A DNA stretch of 64,000 nucleotides from Bacteroidales bacterium (GCA_036794825.1 DAIRGA010000029.1:3075-67074); one strand, 5' to 3'; shown: positions 37,369 through 46,683, counted from the stretch's first letter. Notes: generated from the letters alone by a model not told the origin. Numbers and translations are program-made.

Positions 37369-37455
37369 TGGTGCCCAGAACAGGAATCGAACCTGCACAC
37401 CCTTGCGAGTACTAGTCCCTGAAACTAGCGCGTCTACCAGTTCCGCCACCTGGGC
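37369..37455 (-). tRNA. tRNA-Leu (anticodon CAG), class II with a long variable arm and encoded CCA
   Basis: The reverse complement folds by hand. Acceptor GCCCAGG/TCTGGGC. Anticodon stem CTAGT/ACTAG with loop TTCAGGG. Variable arm TACTCGCAAGGGTGT. T-arm GCAGG-TTCGATT-CCTGT. Discriminator A plus CCA. Length 87 nt. Confidence 0.9.
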
Positions 37456-37468
37456 ATTTTTGAGGCGG

Positions 37469-37476
37469 CAAAAGTA
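37469..37476 (-). promoter_or_regulatory. -7 promoter box TACTTTTG for tRNA-Leu
   Basis: TAnnTTTG match 13 nt upstream of the mature tRNA 5' end. Confidence 0.5.
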
Positions 37477-37516
37477 ATGGAAATTATTTTCCGCCGCTCA
37501 AAATTCTCAGAATTTT

Positions 37517-38008
37517 TTAATGATGGTGATGTCCGTGCGGGCCATGGGCATGCCCGTGTGCGATCTCTTCGGCTGTAGCATCGCGCAATTCCATAACCTC
37601 AACATCAAAATGAAGGGTTTGACCGGCAAGAGGATGATTACCGTCCAGAACTACCTCATCTTCGGTAACCTCTACCACACTTAATAACATAGGAGGTTCG
37701 TTTTCAGCCAGTTGCCCGCGCACCTGAACGCCCACCTGGATGCTTTCAGGATCGGCAAAGTTAGAACGACTTACATTGAAAACCAGGTCTTTATCGTGAT
37801 GACCATAAGCCAGTTCGGGCTGCACGGTAACTTTAAAAGTGTCTTTCACTGATTTTCCTTCTAGTTCAGCTTCCAGTCCGGGAATGATGTTTCCGTGGCC
37901 ATGCAGGTAGGAGAGAGGGTCGCCACCCGACGAAGTGTCGAGCACTTTGTTTTCGTCGCCGGTCAGTGTGTAATGAATGCCAACGACTTTGTCTTTTGTA
38001 ATTTTCAT
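37517..38008 (-). CDS. slyD: FKBP-type peptidyl-prolyl isomerase SlyD with a His-rich tail
   Basis: KVVGIHYTLTGDE...VLDTS, an IF-domain insertion, and the C-terminal HGHAHGPHGHHHH. Confidence 0.9.
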   Translation of the reverse strand: MKITKDKVVGIHYTLTGDENKVLDTSSGGDPLSYLHGHGNIIPGLEAELEGKSVKDTFKVTVQPELAYGHHDKDLVFNVSRSNFADPESIQVGVQVRGQLAENEPPMLLSVVEVTEDEVVLDGNHPLAGQTLHFDVEVMELRDATAEEIAHGHAHGPHGHHHH

Positions 38009-38122
38009 GCTAAGATTTATGATTTAAACGGGAGCCTGATTATTTAATTTGGTCTCCGATAGTTTTGACCATGCACTTACGTCAGGAATGGCTTTTTATT
38101 GCTGCAACTTGGCAATTTTGAA

Positions 38123-38130
38123 TATTTTTG
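38123..38130 (+). promoter_or_regulatory. -7 promoter box TATTTTTG
   Basis: TAnnTTTG match 26 nt upstream of ATG 38157. Confidence 0.45.
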
Positions 38131-38156
38131 CCAGTGAATCTCTTATTTAAACTTAC

Positions 38157-38483
38157 ATGAAAAAAACACTATTTGCTGGTTTGATAATGATTGCCCTCCT
38201 TTGGTCAGCTTGTGATAAAGATGAGGACAGCAAGGAGCTGAAGGCTGCTTTTGCCTGGGAACTGACTACAGATCCTGGGAAAGTAAAGTTTACCAACCAG
38301 AGCACCAATGCAATTTCGTACGAATGGGATTACGATGATGGCACTTCGAGTACAATGGCCAATCCCACAAAGACCTACAACCAAAACGGCGCCTACATCG
38401 TAACGCTGAAGGCTTTTGGCTCGTCGGGAACAAATTCGGTGAAAGATACCGTGATTGTGAACAACGTCACAATGCCCAATTAA
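38157..38483 (+). CDS. small PKD-domain lipoprotein
   Basis: Lipobox LLWSACD, then PKD-like FTNQSTNAISYEWDYDDGTSSTMANPTKTYNQNGAYIVTLKA. Confidence 0.7.
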   Translation: MKKTLFAGLIMIALLWSACDKDEDSKELKAAFAWELTTDPGKVKFTNQSTNAISYEWDYDDGTSSTMANPTKTYNQNGAYIVTLKAFGSSGTNSVKDTVIVNNVTMPN

Positions 38484-38503
38484 TGGGCTTTCCGGGAGAA
38501 AAA

Positions 38504-38567
38504 GAAAACCGCTGAGATCTGAGGGATTGCAGGTAAAACCTGACCTTCCGGCAGCTCTGCGGTTTTC
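38504..38567. terminator. bidirectional terminator-like hairpin (9-bp stem, 46-nt loop)
   Basis: gaaaaccgc (38504-38512) pairs perfectly with gcggttttc (38559-38567), and T-runs follow on both strands. It lies between the convergent PKD and phosphoglucomutase genes. Confidence 0.4.
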
Positions 38568-38577
38568 TTTGTAAAGG

Positions 38578-40323
38578 TTAATCCCTTAGCTTGAGGTCTT
38601 TGATGACGTTTTCGATCTTCTCGTCCAGTTGTTTGTTCATCGCCTCGTAGTCGCTGCGATCTTTCAATTGGCCTTTTACTCCGAAATAAAACTTTATTTT
38701 GGGTTCGGTTCCTGAGGGTCTCATGCTGATTTTTGTGCCATCGGCAGTGAAAAACTGCAGGACGTTGGATGCCGGCAGATCAATTTTGGATTCTGTTTTC
38801 GTTCGCAGATCAAAAGCCTTGCCGGTAAGGTAGTCCTTGATTAGAACCACATCGCTTTTGTTAATCTGTTTAGGCGGGGTTTTTCTGAAATTTTCCATCA
38901 TCTTCTGAATCTCCTCAGCGCCGGTTTTCCCTTTCTTAGTAATAGAAATCAGGCTCTCCTTGTAGAATCCGAATTCGAGATAGATATCAATTAGCAATTC
39001 CAAAAAGGTTTTCCGCTGATTGGCAGCCCATGCGGCGATTTCGGCAAGCATCGCACATGACGAAACAGCATCCTTGTCCCTGATAAAGTCTCCAATCATG
39101 AATCCATAACTCTCTTCGCCACCTCCGATAAAGGTCTTCTTGCCCTCATTATTCCGGATAATTTCGGCAATCCACTTAAAACCTGTAAGCACATCGTAGC
39201 ACTCAACGCCGTATTTGTTGGCAATATCCATCAGCAATTCAGAGGTAACAATCGTTTTGACGATATATTCCGATCCTGTAATTTTTCCTTTTTTGTGCCA
39301 CAAATTGAGCAGATAGTAGGTGAGAATGGCTGCGGTTTGATTGCCATTAAGCAGAACATAGTGATCGTTCAGATCTTTTACTGCAACTCCTACGCGGTCA
39401 GCATCAGGGTCGGTAGCCATCACGAGGTCGGCATCCACCTTACGGGCTTTTTCAATGGCCATTTGAAGCGCTGCCGGTTCTTCCGGATTTGGCGAATGCA
39501 GGGTTGGGAAAGTAGGATCGTTGATGTCCTGCTGATATACTCTGAACACATTTTCGAATCCATAGCGCTCTAAAGCGGCTGGCACAAGCTTTACGCCAGC
39601 GCCATGGAGAGGAGTGTAAACAATTCCCAACTCTGACTGGCGCTTGTTAGAGCCCGGCGAGAGTGACAGTTTTTCTACTTCAGCCAGGTATGCGTCGTCA
39701 ATTTCAGCTCCGATGAGCTGGATATTTTTCTTTACCCCTTTGAATTTTACCTCTTCCACTTTAATCTTTTCGACTTCAGCAATTACATTTTTGTCGTGCG
39801 GCGGGATCATTTGCGCACCATCGCTCCAATAAGCTTTGTAACCATTGTACTCTTTAGGGTTGTGCGAAGCGGTAATCATCACGCCGGTATGGCATTTCAA
39901 ATGCCTGACGGCAAACGAGAGTTCAGGGGTTGGCCTGAGTTCGTCGAAAAGAAAGACTTTGAAGCCGTTGGCTGAAAGGACATCGGCGGTAACCTGAGCA
40001 AAAAAATCGCTTTTTTGTCTGTTGTCAAAGGAAATGGCAGCGCGGTACTCTTTCTCTCCGGGGAAGGCTTTTTTGATGTAATTGGCCAATCCCTGGGTTG
40101 CCATCCCAACAGTATATTTGTTCATCCTGTTGGTTCCAACACCAATTACCCCACGCAGCCCGCCGGTTCCAAATTCGAGGTTACGATAAAATGAATCAGA
40201 CAGTTCGTCGGGATTGTTTTCCATCAGATCCCTGATGGACTCTTTGGTCTGAGTATCATAATTTCCTTCGAGCCAACTATTGGCTACTTCTAGTGCTTTC
40301 GGATCAATCTTCTTTTTTTCCAT
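38578..40323 (-). CDS. phosphoglucomutase / phosphomannomutase family phospho-sugar mutase
   Basis: GTGGLRG, active-site loop TASHNPKEYNGYK, metal loop ATDPDADR, sugar loop GGEESYG. Confidence 0.9.
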   Translation of the reverse strand: MEKKKIDPKALEVANSWLEGNYDTQTKESIRDLMENNPDELSDSFYRNLEFGTGGLRGVIGVGTNRMNKYTVGMATQGLANYIKKAFPGEKEYRAAISFDNRQKSDFFAQVTADVLSANGFKVFLFDELRPTPELSFAVRHLKCHTGVMITASHNPKEYNGYKAYWSDGAQMIPPHDKNVIAEVEKIKVEEVKFKGVKKNIQLIGAEIDDAYLAEVEKLSLSPGSNKRQSELGIVYTPLHGAGVKLVPAALERYGFENVFRVYQQDINDPTFPTLHSPNPEEPAALQMAIEKARKVDADLVMATDPDADRVGVAVKDLNDHYVLLNGNQTAAILTYYLLNLWHKKGKITGSEYIVKTIVTSELLMDIANKYGVECYDVLTGFKWIAEIIRNNEGKKTFIGGGEESYGFMIGDFIRDKDAVSSCAMLAEIAAWAANQRKTFLELLIDIYLEFGFYKESLISITKKGKTGAEEIQKMMENFRKTPPKQINKSDVVLIKDYLTGKAFDLRTKTESKIDLPASNVLQFFTADGTKISMRPSGTEPKIKFYFGVKGQLKDRSDYEAMNKQLDEKIENVIKDLKLRD

Positions 40324-40328
40324 GATTA

Positions 40329-41861
40329 TCAGTTTTTTATGATTTTCTTAGTATAGATTATGTTTTTGTTTTCGATTTTGATGAAATACATGCCGGGAGC
40401 CAGGTCGCTGAAGTAAATTTCAACGTTGACCCCCGCTTTTATTTCAATACTTTCATTTAACATCATTTTTCCCATAACATTGAAAACTGAGATAGAACAT
40501 CCAGGTAAGTCTTCCTCACTGGTTAGCTTCATAACTTCATTCACCGGATTCGGACTTATCATAAATCCTGAATTTTTTCCAAGCGTATGAATCCCTATCA
40601 GCGTATCCCTAATTTCAAAACTTTGAGGCAGAATGATTACTCCGTCTATTTCATCGTAAATTTGCAGGTCGTAAAGGCCGGGCCAAAACCAGTCAGGAAT
40701 TGAGAATCCGACTGTCAGGCTTGTGTCGTTGGCCGGAACAACGTCTCCGTAGCTTGTCATAAATGAATTGTCTGGATTGGTTAGCCAAGCATAGGTTAAA
40801 TTGGTGTTCAAAAACCATGTATTGACGGTTTCGATCTGGACAATAAAATATTCTTCTTTGTATGCAAAGTCAGGCTGGATGGAAACAATTTGCGGCGGGT
40901 AAGGGTTGTTCAGGATCAGGAAGCCGTTTGGCAAAGTAATCTGGCCATAAAGATCGGTGTAAATATTGAGATTATAGTATCCCATCTGCAACGTGTACGG
41001 CAGAAGCGAATTGATGTGAAGCTGAGTGTTGGTGATGACTTCACTGTTTTCGAAACTGTGCAGAATGCCAAACCTTTCAATTTCAGCATTAATATACCCA
41101 CAATTGAGTAGTTGCGTATTTTCGAAAAAAACATCCAAATCTGCCCACGTTCCGTTAACTGAATTATCTGGAACAACCGAAGTAATTGCGGGTGCAAGCC
41201 CTTCGAGCAGCAGAAAACCGGAAGGCAAGGTAAGTGTTCCGTCGAGTTGGTTCACCGTGTTAACATCATAGTAGCCAGGCTGATGCCAGAATCCGAAGGT
41301 AAAATTGGCTTCCAAAGTATTATTGCTCAATGTATTGTAAGAATTCGGACCAATAGTTTCGGAACCCTGACTGAACCATACAAAGGTGCCTGTACCTGCC
41401 TGAAAATTAGTGTTTTGCCCGGATATCAGCAAGCTGAGTGTTTGACCTTGGGTTGCCTGATTTGGCGCTACCCCGGTAAGGTAGGGTGGGTCAGGGTTTG
41501 GCATTAATTCAAATGCATCAAACATAAACAACTGGCCGTCAATGGAATTAACAGCTGCAACATCATAACTCCCGGCTGGCAGATCATTTGAAAGCATGAA
41601 ATCGCCCGACATCATGGTGTTGCTGCTGATGTTGATATTCTGAGGATAAATCATTGTGGAAGTTGCCTGTTGCAGCCAGAAAGAAGTACCTGTAGCCTGC
41701 TGAAAATTTGTGTTTTGTCCCGAAAGAGTGAGTGTGAGCTGCTGCCCCTTTTGACCAGACGATGGTTGAAGATTGATAAGAGATTGTCCCTGCAATGTAT
41801 TAAAAATCATCACCAGGGTTGGAAATATCAGGCTGAAAATACGTCTGGGTGAGGTTTTCAT
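40329..41861 (-). CDS. T9SS-sorted surface protein with four tandem ~100-aa Ig-like repeats
   Basis: A signal peptide and four repeats, each ending G.Y(D/N)....DG...LP.GF. The C-terminal Por_Secre_tail-like domain reads ISPNPVNEVMKL...GMYFIKIENKNIIYTKKIIKN. Confidence 0.75.
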   Translation of the reverse strand: MKTSPRRIFSLIFPTLVMIFNTLQGQSLINLQPSSGQKGQQLTLTLSGQNTNFQQATGTSFWLQQATSTMIYPQNINISSNTMMSGDFMLSNDLPAGSYDVAAVNSIDGQLFMFDAFELMPNPDPPYLTGVAPNQATQGQTLSLLISGQNTNFQAGTGTFVWFSQGSETIGPNSYNTLSNNTLEANFTFGFWHQPGYYDVNTVNQLDGTLTLPSGFLLLEGLAPAITSVVPDNSVNGTWADLDVFFENTQLLNCGYINAEIERFGILHSFENSEVITNTQLHINSLLPYTLQMGYYNLNIYTDLYGQITLPNGFLILNNPYPPQIVSIQPDFAYKEEYFIVQIETVNTWFLNTNLTYAWLTNPDNSFMTSYGDVVPANDTSLTVGFSIPDWFWPGLYDLQIYDEIDGVIILPQSFEIRDTLIGIHTLGKNSGFMISPNPVNEVMKLTSEEDLPGCSISVFNVMGKMMLNESIEIKAGVNVEIYFSDLAPGMYFIKIENKNIIYTKKIIKN

Positions 41862-41909
41862 TTGAACTCAAATTGATTGATCGAAATGCGATATGTCAAA
41901 ATTCAGAAA

Positions 41910-41917
41910 CAAAAGTA
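41910..41917 (-). promoter_or_regulatory. -7 promoter box TACTTTTG
   Basis: TAnnTTTG match 48 nt upstream of ATG 41861. Confidence 0.45.
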
Positions 41918-41948
41918 GTTAAATCTCTCTCCGTACAGCTAAAAAAAA

Positions 41949-44033
41949 TCAATTTGGCTGGGAGAGATATTTATTTCTCAGCAACTCAGCTCTTTCGGTG
42001 CTGATGGATTGGTCAACCTTCTCCAGCATATATATGGATTCGATGACCAGGCGCCTTTCCAGTTCGATGCTGTCGGCTATTGCCTGTTCAAAAACCTTTA
42101 CCATCCAGTCTTCAGAATTTCTTATTCTTTGCAGTGTGATGTTCAGGTCGTGGTCGTCAATCTTTCTCCTCAAAGTCTCCACGCGTTTATAGGTCAATTG
42201 CGCAATCAGGTTGCGGTAGTGAGGATGGCTTTGAGCATTTTGAATTTTTCGTAGAACAAGGTAACATGAATCCTGTTTTTCGCTTAGAAAGTAAATCACC
42301 GCCAGATTCATGGAAGCATCAGTGAAATCCGGGGAAATCTTCGCTGCTTTTTTGTAAAGGTTGATAGCTGACTGCAATTCGCCAGCAAAGCCGTAACTGG
42401 TGGCGAGGTTGTTGATTGTGTGCAGATGGTTGGGATTCGCCCGATAAGCTGCCTTGAAATCAGCCAGCGCTTTTTCCTGATTCCCAATGTTGTACCAGCC
42501 TAAACCGCTGTACCAGCGCAGCGGGGTAGAAGTAGGATCGAGCCTGGAGAAAAACCCTTCTGCTTCCTGAACCTCGCTGATCATTTTATTCCATTCGCTT
42601 TTAGAACGATGAATGAATGCTTTACGGGTGTGAATCTCGCTTCTGAGCCTGATCGTACCGATATATCCGGTCAAAACGATGAATGGCAAAAGCAGCAGGA
42701 GACCTTTCACTGCACTGCGTCTGTGGACTGGATTTTCAGCCATTTCACCTGATCTGCTGAAAATCAAACCAAAAGCGATTGCTAAAAAAACCGACTGGTC
42801 CGGTCGTTCCTTTGGGAAACTAAATGTTGCAATCACGAGATAGCCAGCCAGTAAAACCAGCAGCATCATTGCAAGTCGTCTACTGGCTAAATCAGGTGAG
42901 GTGCGGATGGTTTTGATGATCGCTATTACAGCCCACACAAAAAAAGAGAGATAAGCAAGGAATCCAAAGAGGCCGTTTTCGGCCAAAACCCAAATGAAGT
43001 CGTTATGTGGCCTTTGAAAAATTACGACTCCATCCGCCGACCTCAATCTATCCGTGCCATAAGCTGGTAATAATATCTTCCAATTGCCGGTACCGACGCC
43101 CGTCAGGGGATGGTCGAGGAACATCTCAAACGATTTTTCCCACAAGATAACCCTTTCCAGCGCTGAGCCATAGTTGTAGTTTTCGGTTATATCGGTCTGC
43201 TTTTTCAAGGTTATAAGGTCACTCATCCTGCTGTAAACCGCTACAGCCAATACTACCACGATTACACCACCTGCAATCAGAAAGGATATTTTTTTGCGCA
43301 ATCCGGCATTTATCTCAAGAGATTTTGACCAGATCAATCCTGCTGAGATTAATACTATTAGCTGCACCAACAAAGCAACCCAAACAGATCTGACGAGCAA
43401 AATTGTGATCAGGAAGACAGAAATGCCAAAAAGCAAATAGAACATGAACCGAAGCCACCCTTTGTGAAGATAAGCGCCTGAAATCAAAAGCGGTAAGGTA
43501 AGCAGAAGCATCTCCGAAAACATATTTCGGTGAGCCAGAACACTTCTTACAAGATAAGAGGCTTGATGATCGAACAGAATTTCGCCAGTCAGATTAAACA
43601 ATTGAAAAATGCCCGAGCCTGCAATGACTGCTGAATAGACCAGGAATGCCGGAAGAAGTATCCTGGTGACGCCTTTATTCTGCTGAAAAATAAACATCGA
43701 AACCAGGAACAAGCCGAAATACAATAACGACCGGCTCCAATCCCAGAGCGCTTCACCCAGGTTGATCGCATTGATAATTGAAATAGCAGAAAAAAGAAGG
43801 TAAGTAAGATAAAAGGCGATAAAAACCCTTGCCTCATTACTGATAATGAATGTTTTGTCCTTTGAATTGATAAGGATCAGACTGAACATTGCCAGGAGAA
43901 AAACCGAAATAAAAATCGTCCTGGCAGGCAGCACCGGATCCAGCGCAGCATTGCTGTTAATCAATGGCATAATGGCAACCATCATTAGCAGCAATCCGGT
44001 TAGAGTCTGATGAATGGTTTTATTAACCGCCAT
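41949..44033 (-). CDS. O-antigen ligase (Wzy_C)-like polytopic membrane protein fused to a C-terminal TPR domain
   Basis: At least 10 TM helices and the Wzy_C-like loop (HPLTGVGTGNWK...QRPHNDFIWVLAENGLFGF). The C-terminal ~250 aa carry TPR repeats (ALADFKAAYRANPNH, AINLYKKAAKISPDF). ATG 44033 (MAVNK) avoids overlap with rfbD. Confidence 0.75.
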   Translation of the reverse strand: MAVNKTIHQTLTGLLLMMVAIMPLINSNAALDPVLPARTIFISVFLLAMFSLILINSKDKTFIISNEARVFIAFYLTYLLFSAISIINAINLGEALWDWSRSLLYFGLFLVSMFIFQQNKGVTRILLPAFLVYSAVIAGSGIFQLFNLTGEILFDHQASYLVRSVLAHRNMFSEMLLLTLPLLISGAYLHKGWLRFMFYLLFGISVFLITILLVRSVWVALLVQLIVLISAGLIWSKSLEINAGLRKKISFLIAGGVIVVVLAVAVYSRMSDLITLKKQTDITENYNYGSALERVILWEKSFEMFLDHPLTGVGTGNWKILLPAYGTDRLRSADGVVIFQRPHNDFIWVLAENGLFGFLAYLSFFVWAVIAIIKTIRTSPDLASRRLAMMLLVLLAGYLVIATFSFPKERPDQSVFLAIAFGLIFSRSGEMAENPVHRRSAVKGLLLLLPFIVLTGYIGTIRLRSEIHTRKAFIHRSKSEWNKMISEVQEAEGFFSRLDPTSTPLRWYSGLGWYNIGNQEKALADFKAAYRANPNHLHTINNLATSYGFAGELQSAINLYKKAAKISPDFTDASMNLAVIYFLSEKQDSCYLVLRKIQNAQSHPHYRNLIAQLTYKRVETLRRKIDDHDLNITLQRIRNSEDWMVKVFEQAIADSIELERRLVIESIYMLEKVDQSISTERAELLRNKYLSQPN

Positions 44034-44040
44034 GTAATCT

Positions 44041-44904
44041 TCACTTATCCAGCTTTGACAAACATACATTTAAACTATCCTGCCAATGCGGAATAGTAAT
44101 CTCATAGCGTTTTTTAATTTTTTCCTTATTCATCAGGCTGTAGAAAGGACGTTTGGCCGGCAGCGGATAATCCTTTGTTTCGATCGGGTAAACAGCACAA
44201 TTGATGTTTGCAATACGGTGAACAGCGGTGGCAAAGTCATACCAGCTTGCAACGCCTTCGTTGGAATAATGAAGCAGTTCAGGCTGACTTAGTCCGCTCC
44301 AGGCTGGTAAAAGGTCTAAAATGGTTTTAGCAAGATCGGCAGCATAAGTCGGAGTACCCACCTGGTCGAAAACAACGTTCAGCCGGTCGCGTTCACGCCC
44401 GAGTTTCATCATGGTTTTCACGAAATTGTGGCCAAACTCGGAATAAAGCCACGACGTCCGGATTACCACCGTTTTAGGATTATGGTGCATGGCCTCTTCT
44501 TCTCCTTTTAGTTTTGAAGCGGCATAAACCGATTGAGGATCAGGCTTTTCGACTTCGCTTATTGGCCGGCTATGATTTTCACCGAAAACATAATCAGTCG
44601 AAATTTGTACCAACAGAGCACCGTTTTTTCGGGCGGCAGCTGACAGGAAACCCACCGCAGTTCCATTAATCAGAAATGCTTTGTCAGAGTCAGTCTCAGC
44701 CTTGTCAACGGCAGTATAACCCGCAGCATTAATGATGCATGAAATCCTGCTTCCGGTTACAAACGCTTCAACAGCCGAATGATTGGTGATGTCAAGTTCT
44801 GCCACATCGGTGAAATGAAAATTGTAACCAGGATAGTCTGACGATAATAGCCTGAGTTCATTTCCTAATTGGCCATTGCTTCCGGTAATTAATATGTTTT
44901 GCAT
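44041..44904 (-). CDS. rfbD: dTDP-4-dehydrorhamnose reductase
   Basis: ILITGSNGQLG Rossmann start, YAASKLKGE catalytic YxxxK, and typical RmlD length. Confidence 0.9.
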   Translation of the reverse strand: MQNILITGSNGQLGNELRLLSSDYPGYNFHFTDVAELDITNHSAVEAFVTGSRISCIINAAGYTAVDKAETDSDKAFLINGTAVGFLSAAARKNGALLVQISTDYVFGENHSRPISEVEKPDPQSVYAASKLKGEEEAMHHNPKTVVIRTSWLYSEFGHNFVKTMMKLGRERDRLNVVFDQVGTPTYAADLAKTILDLLPAWSGLSQPELLHYSNEGVASWYDFATAVHRIANINCAVYPIETKDYPLPAKRPFYSLMNKEKIKKRYEITIPHWQDSLNVCLSKLDK

Positions 44905-44970
44905 GATTTTGGATTTAGATTATTGGTGAGATGAAATGAATGAACTGATTAAGCTGAAATTTCAAGTCAA

Positions 44971-44978
44971 CAAAGGTA
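44971..44978 (-). promoter_or_regulatory. -7 promoter box TACCTTTG
   Basis: TAnnTTTG match 66 nt upstream of rfbD ATG 44904. Confidence 0.4.
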
Positions 44979-45255
44979 TCCGGATTTTTTTCCTGTCTAA
45001 AGAAATCCACTTTAATTTTCAATTTTGGAAAAACATTTTCCCAATTTGATAATTTTACTAACCGATCAGACTTTGCGCTGCCTTAGCTTTAAATTAATTC
45101 TGTGAAAAATCAAAATTTGCGAAGATACTGATATACAGATTTTTAATCTAGCATTAATCGTAATTCAATTCCAGATTAACAATTGATCTGCTTCCGGCTT
45201 TTCGATGTGGCAATAATATTGTTGATAACTTTTTATACATCTAAAGAAGGTCTTA

Positions 45256-46083
45256 ATGACTACAATGGCGATAGCAAACATTGAGGAATTGGTTTACAGG
45301 TCAACTTATAACAATGAATTCCTGGAAAACGACCTTCAACAAGCGCTTGATCCACTCTTCGATTCTCCGTGGCAACTTACCAACCAGCATTACAACGAGA
45401 TCAAACGGCTTTTCTTCATGATCTCTTACATGAACAAGTCAACCAATTTCGGTTACTATTTCTACGACAAAATGCAGGAAAACCCTTTCCCGTTTTGCGA
45501 GGAGGTGTTGAAATCGGCCGTTCTTACCGAAAAATACTATAATCTTCACGATAAAGCGCTGAAATCGTATGTGCGTTCATACATGATAAAAAATGGCACC
45601 GAACCAAACGACATTCTTACTTTCGATAAAATTATTCCTGAAGGACACGGAACTCACTTTTTAACTGCCTGTAAATCCATCAGAAGCAACAAAATCAGCA
45701 TCAAACTACCGATCAAACCTGATTTCTTCAACCTGCTCTACATCACACTAAACAACGACAACTTTCCGATGACCCAAAAAAAGCTGGCCTGTATTTCGGC
45801 TTACCTTAAGCTGGATTGCATGGTTCCTTCTCTAATCGGTAAATCGTTGAATATCATCTCCAAAGTGGAAATTACGCCTGATCGGATACTGGTTCTGATC
45901 CATTTGCTGCAGGGTATTAGCTTTCTTACCGGCGAAGATCTTTCGGAGGATTTGAAGATTGCTTTTGGCTCCATCACCAATTTTGAACAACGTAAGGAGA
46001 TCGTCGAAAAGTTTTTCCCTCTTAAACCACTGTTTACCGACTACATTCATAAAGTCAGGACACTCGCGACCACTACACTCTAA
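45256..46083 (+). CDS. hypothetical protein (orphan; no recognisable domain)
   Basis: A 275-aa ORF that does not overlap other genes, preceded by a 351-bp AT-rich non-coding stretch. I recognised no motif. Confidence 0.5.
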   Translation: MTTMAIANIEELVYRSTYNNEFLENDLQQALDPLFDSPWQLTNQHYNEIKRLFFMISYMNKSTNFGYYFYDKMQENPFPFCEEVLKSAVLTEKYYNLHDKALKSYVRSYMIKNGTEPNDILTFDKIIPEGHGTHFLTACKSIRSNKISIKLPIKPDFFNLLYITLNNDNFPMTQKKLACISAYLKLDCMVPSLIGKSLNIISKVEITPDRILVLIHLLQGISFLTGEDLSEDLKIAFGSITNFEQRKEIVEKFFPLKPLFTDYIHKVRTLATTTL

Positions 46084-46090
46084 TTCCCCC

Positions 46091-46624
46091 TTATTTTTTA
46101 TACCAATGGACAATCAGCGCTAATGCAGCCATTATAGCCGCAATTACCATCACGAAAATGGCGGCTCTCGCAGGTCCTTTGTCCAAATTGTCATTGCTAT
46201 TATTTGCAGGATGGTGGATCTCATCCCAGGTTTCTTCTTCTAACCGCCCGGCGACAGGCAAATCAACTTTGGTAAAGTAATAATGAATCATAGGTTCGTT
46301 GATGTTCATGCCTTCGCGGCTGTAATAAGGAATACCCATCCCGATTAGTTTCGATTCAAAAAGAACCTGCTCACGCGAGCCGGCACGAAAGGATTTATAA
46401 ACGGAAAGATAAAACTCTGGAGTCGAATCATCCGCATCTGACTGTTGCGCAAACGATTTTTCGCTTTTCATCTCCTCTCTTATCAGTTCGAGGGCGTTCT
46501 CCAACGATCCCCGACGGCTTAACTCACTGTATGCAGCTTTGACTTCGGCGTCAGAATAGTTTTTGAATTCACGCAAAACATTGATTAGCAAGTGTTCAGG
46601 AGTGGTTTCAGAAATCAGTACCAT
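46091..46624 (-). CDS. hypothetical C-terminally membrane-anchored protein
   Basis: A 177-aa ORF with one C-terminal TM helix (AAIFVMVIAAIMAALALIVHWY). It is the last gene of the SPOR/OstA-like minus-strand string. Confidence 0.5.
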   Translation of the reverse strand: MVLISETTPEHLLINVLREFKNYSDAEVKAAYSELSRRGSLENALELIREEMKSEKSFAQQSDADDSTPEFYLSVYKSFRAGSREQVLFESKLIGMGIPYYSREGMNINEPMIHYYFTKVDLPVAGRLEEETWDEIHHPANNSNDNLDKGPARAAIFVMVIAAIMAALALIVHWYKK

Positions 46625-46683
46625 AGATTGAATTTCACAGGATTGAAAGTTAAACAGATTAATTCAGATTTTCTATTGTGGGA

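Noticed and set aside
36406-37516. Prophage or integrative element at tRNA-Leu
   Set aside because: Only the lysin-like gene is phage-like. I saw no integrase, excisionase, structural genes or duplicated tRNA 3' segment in the flanks, and the neighbours (lemA/TPM, slyD) are housekeeping.
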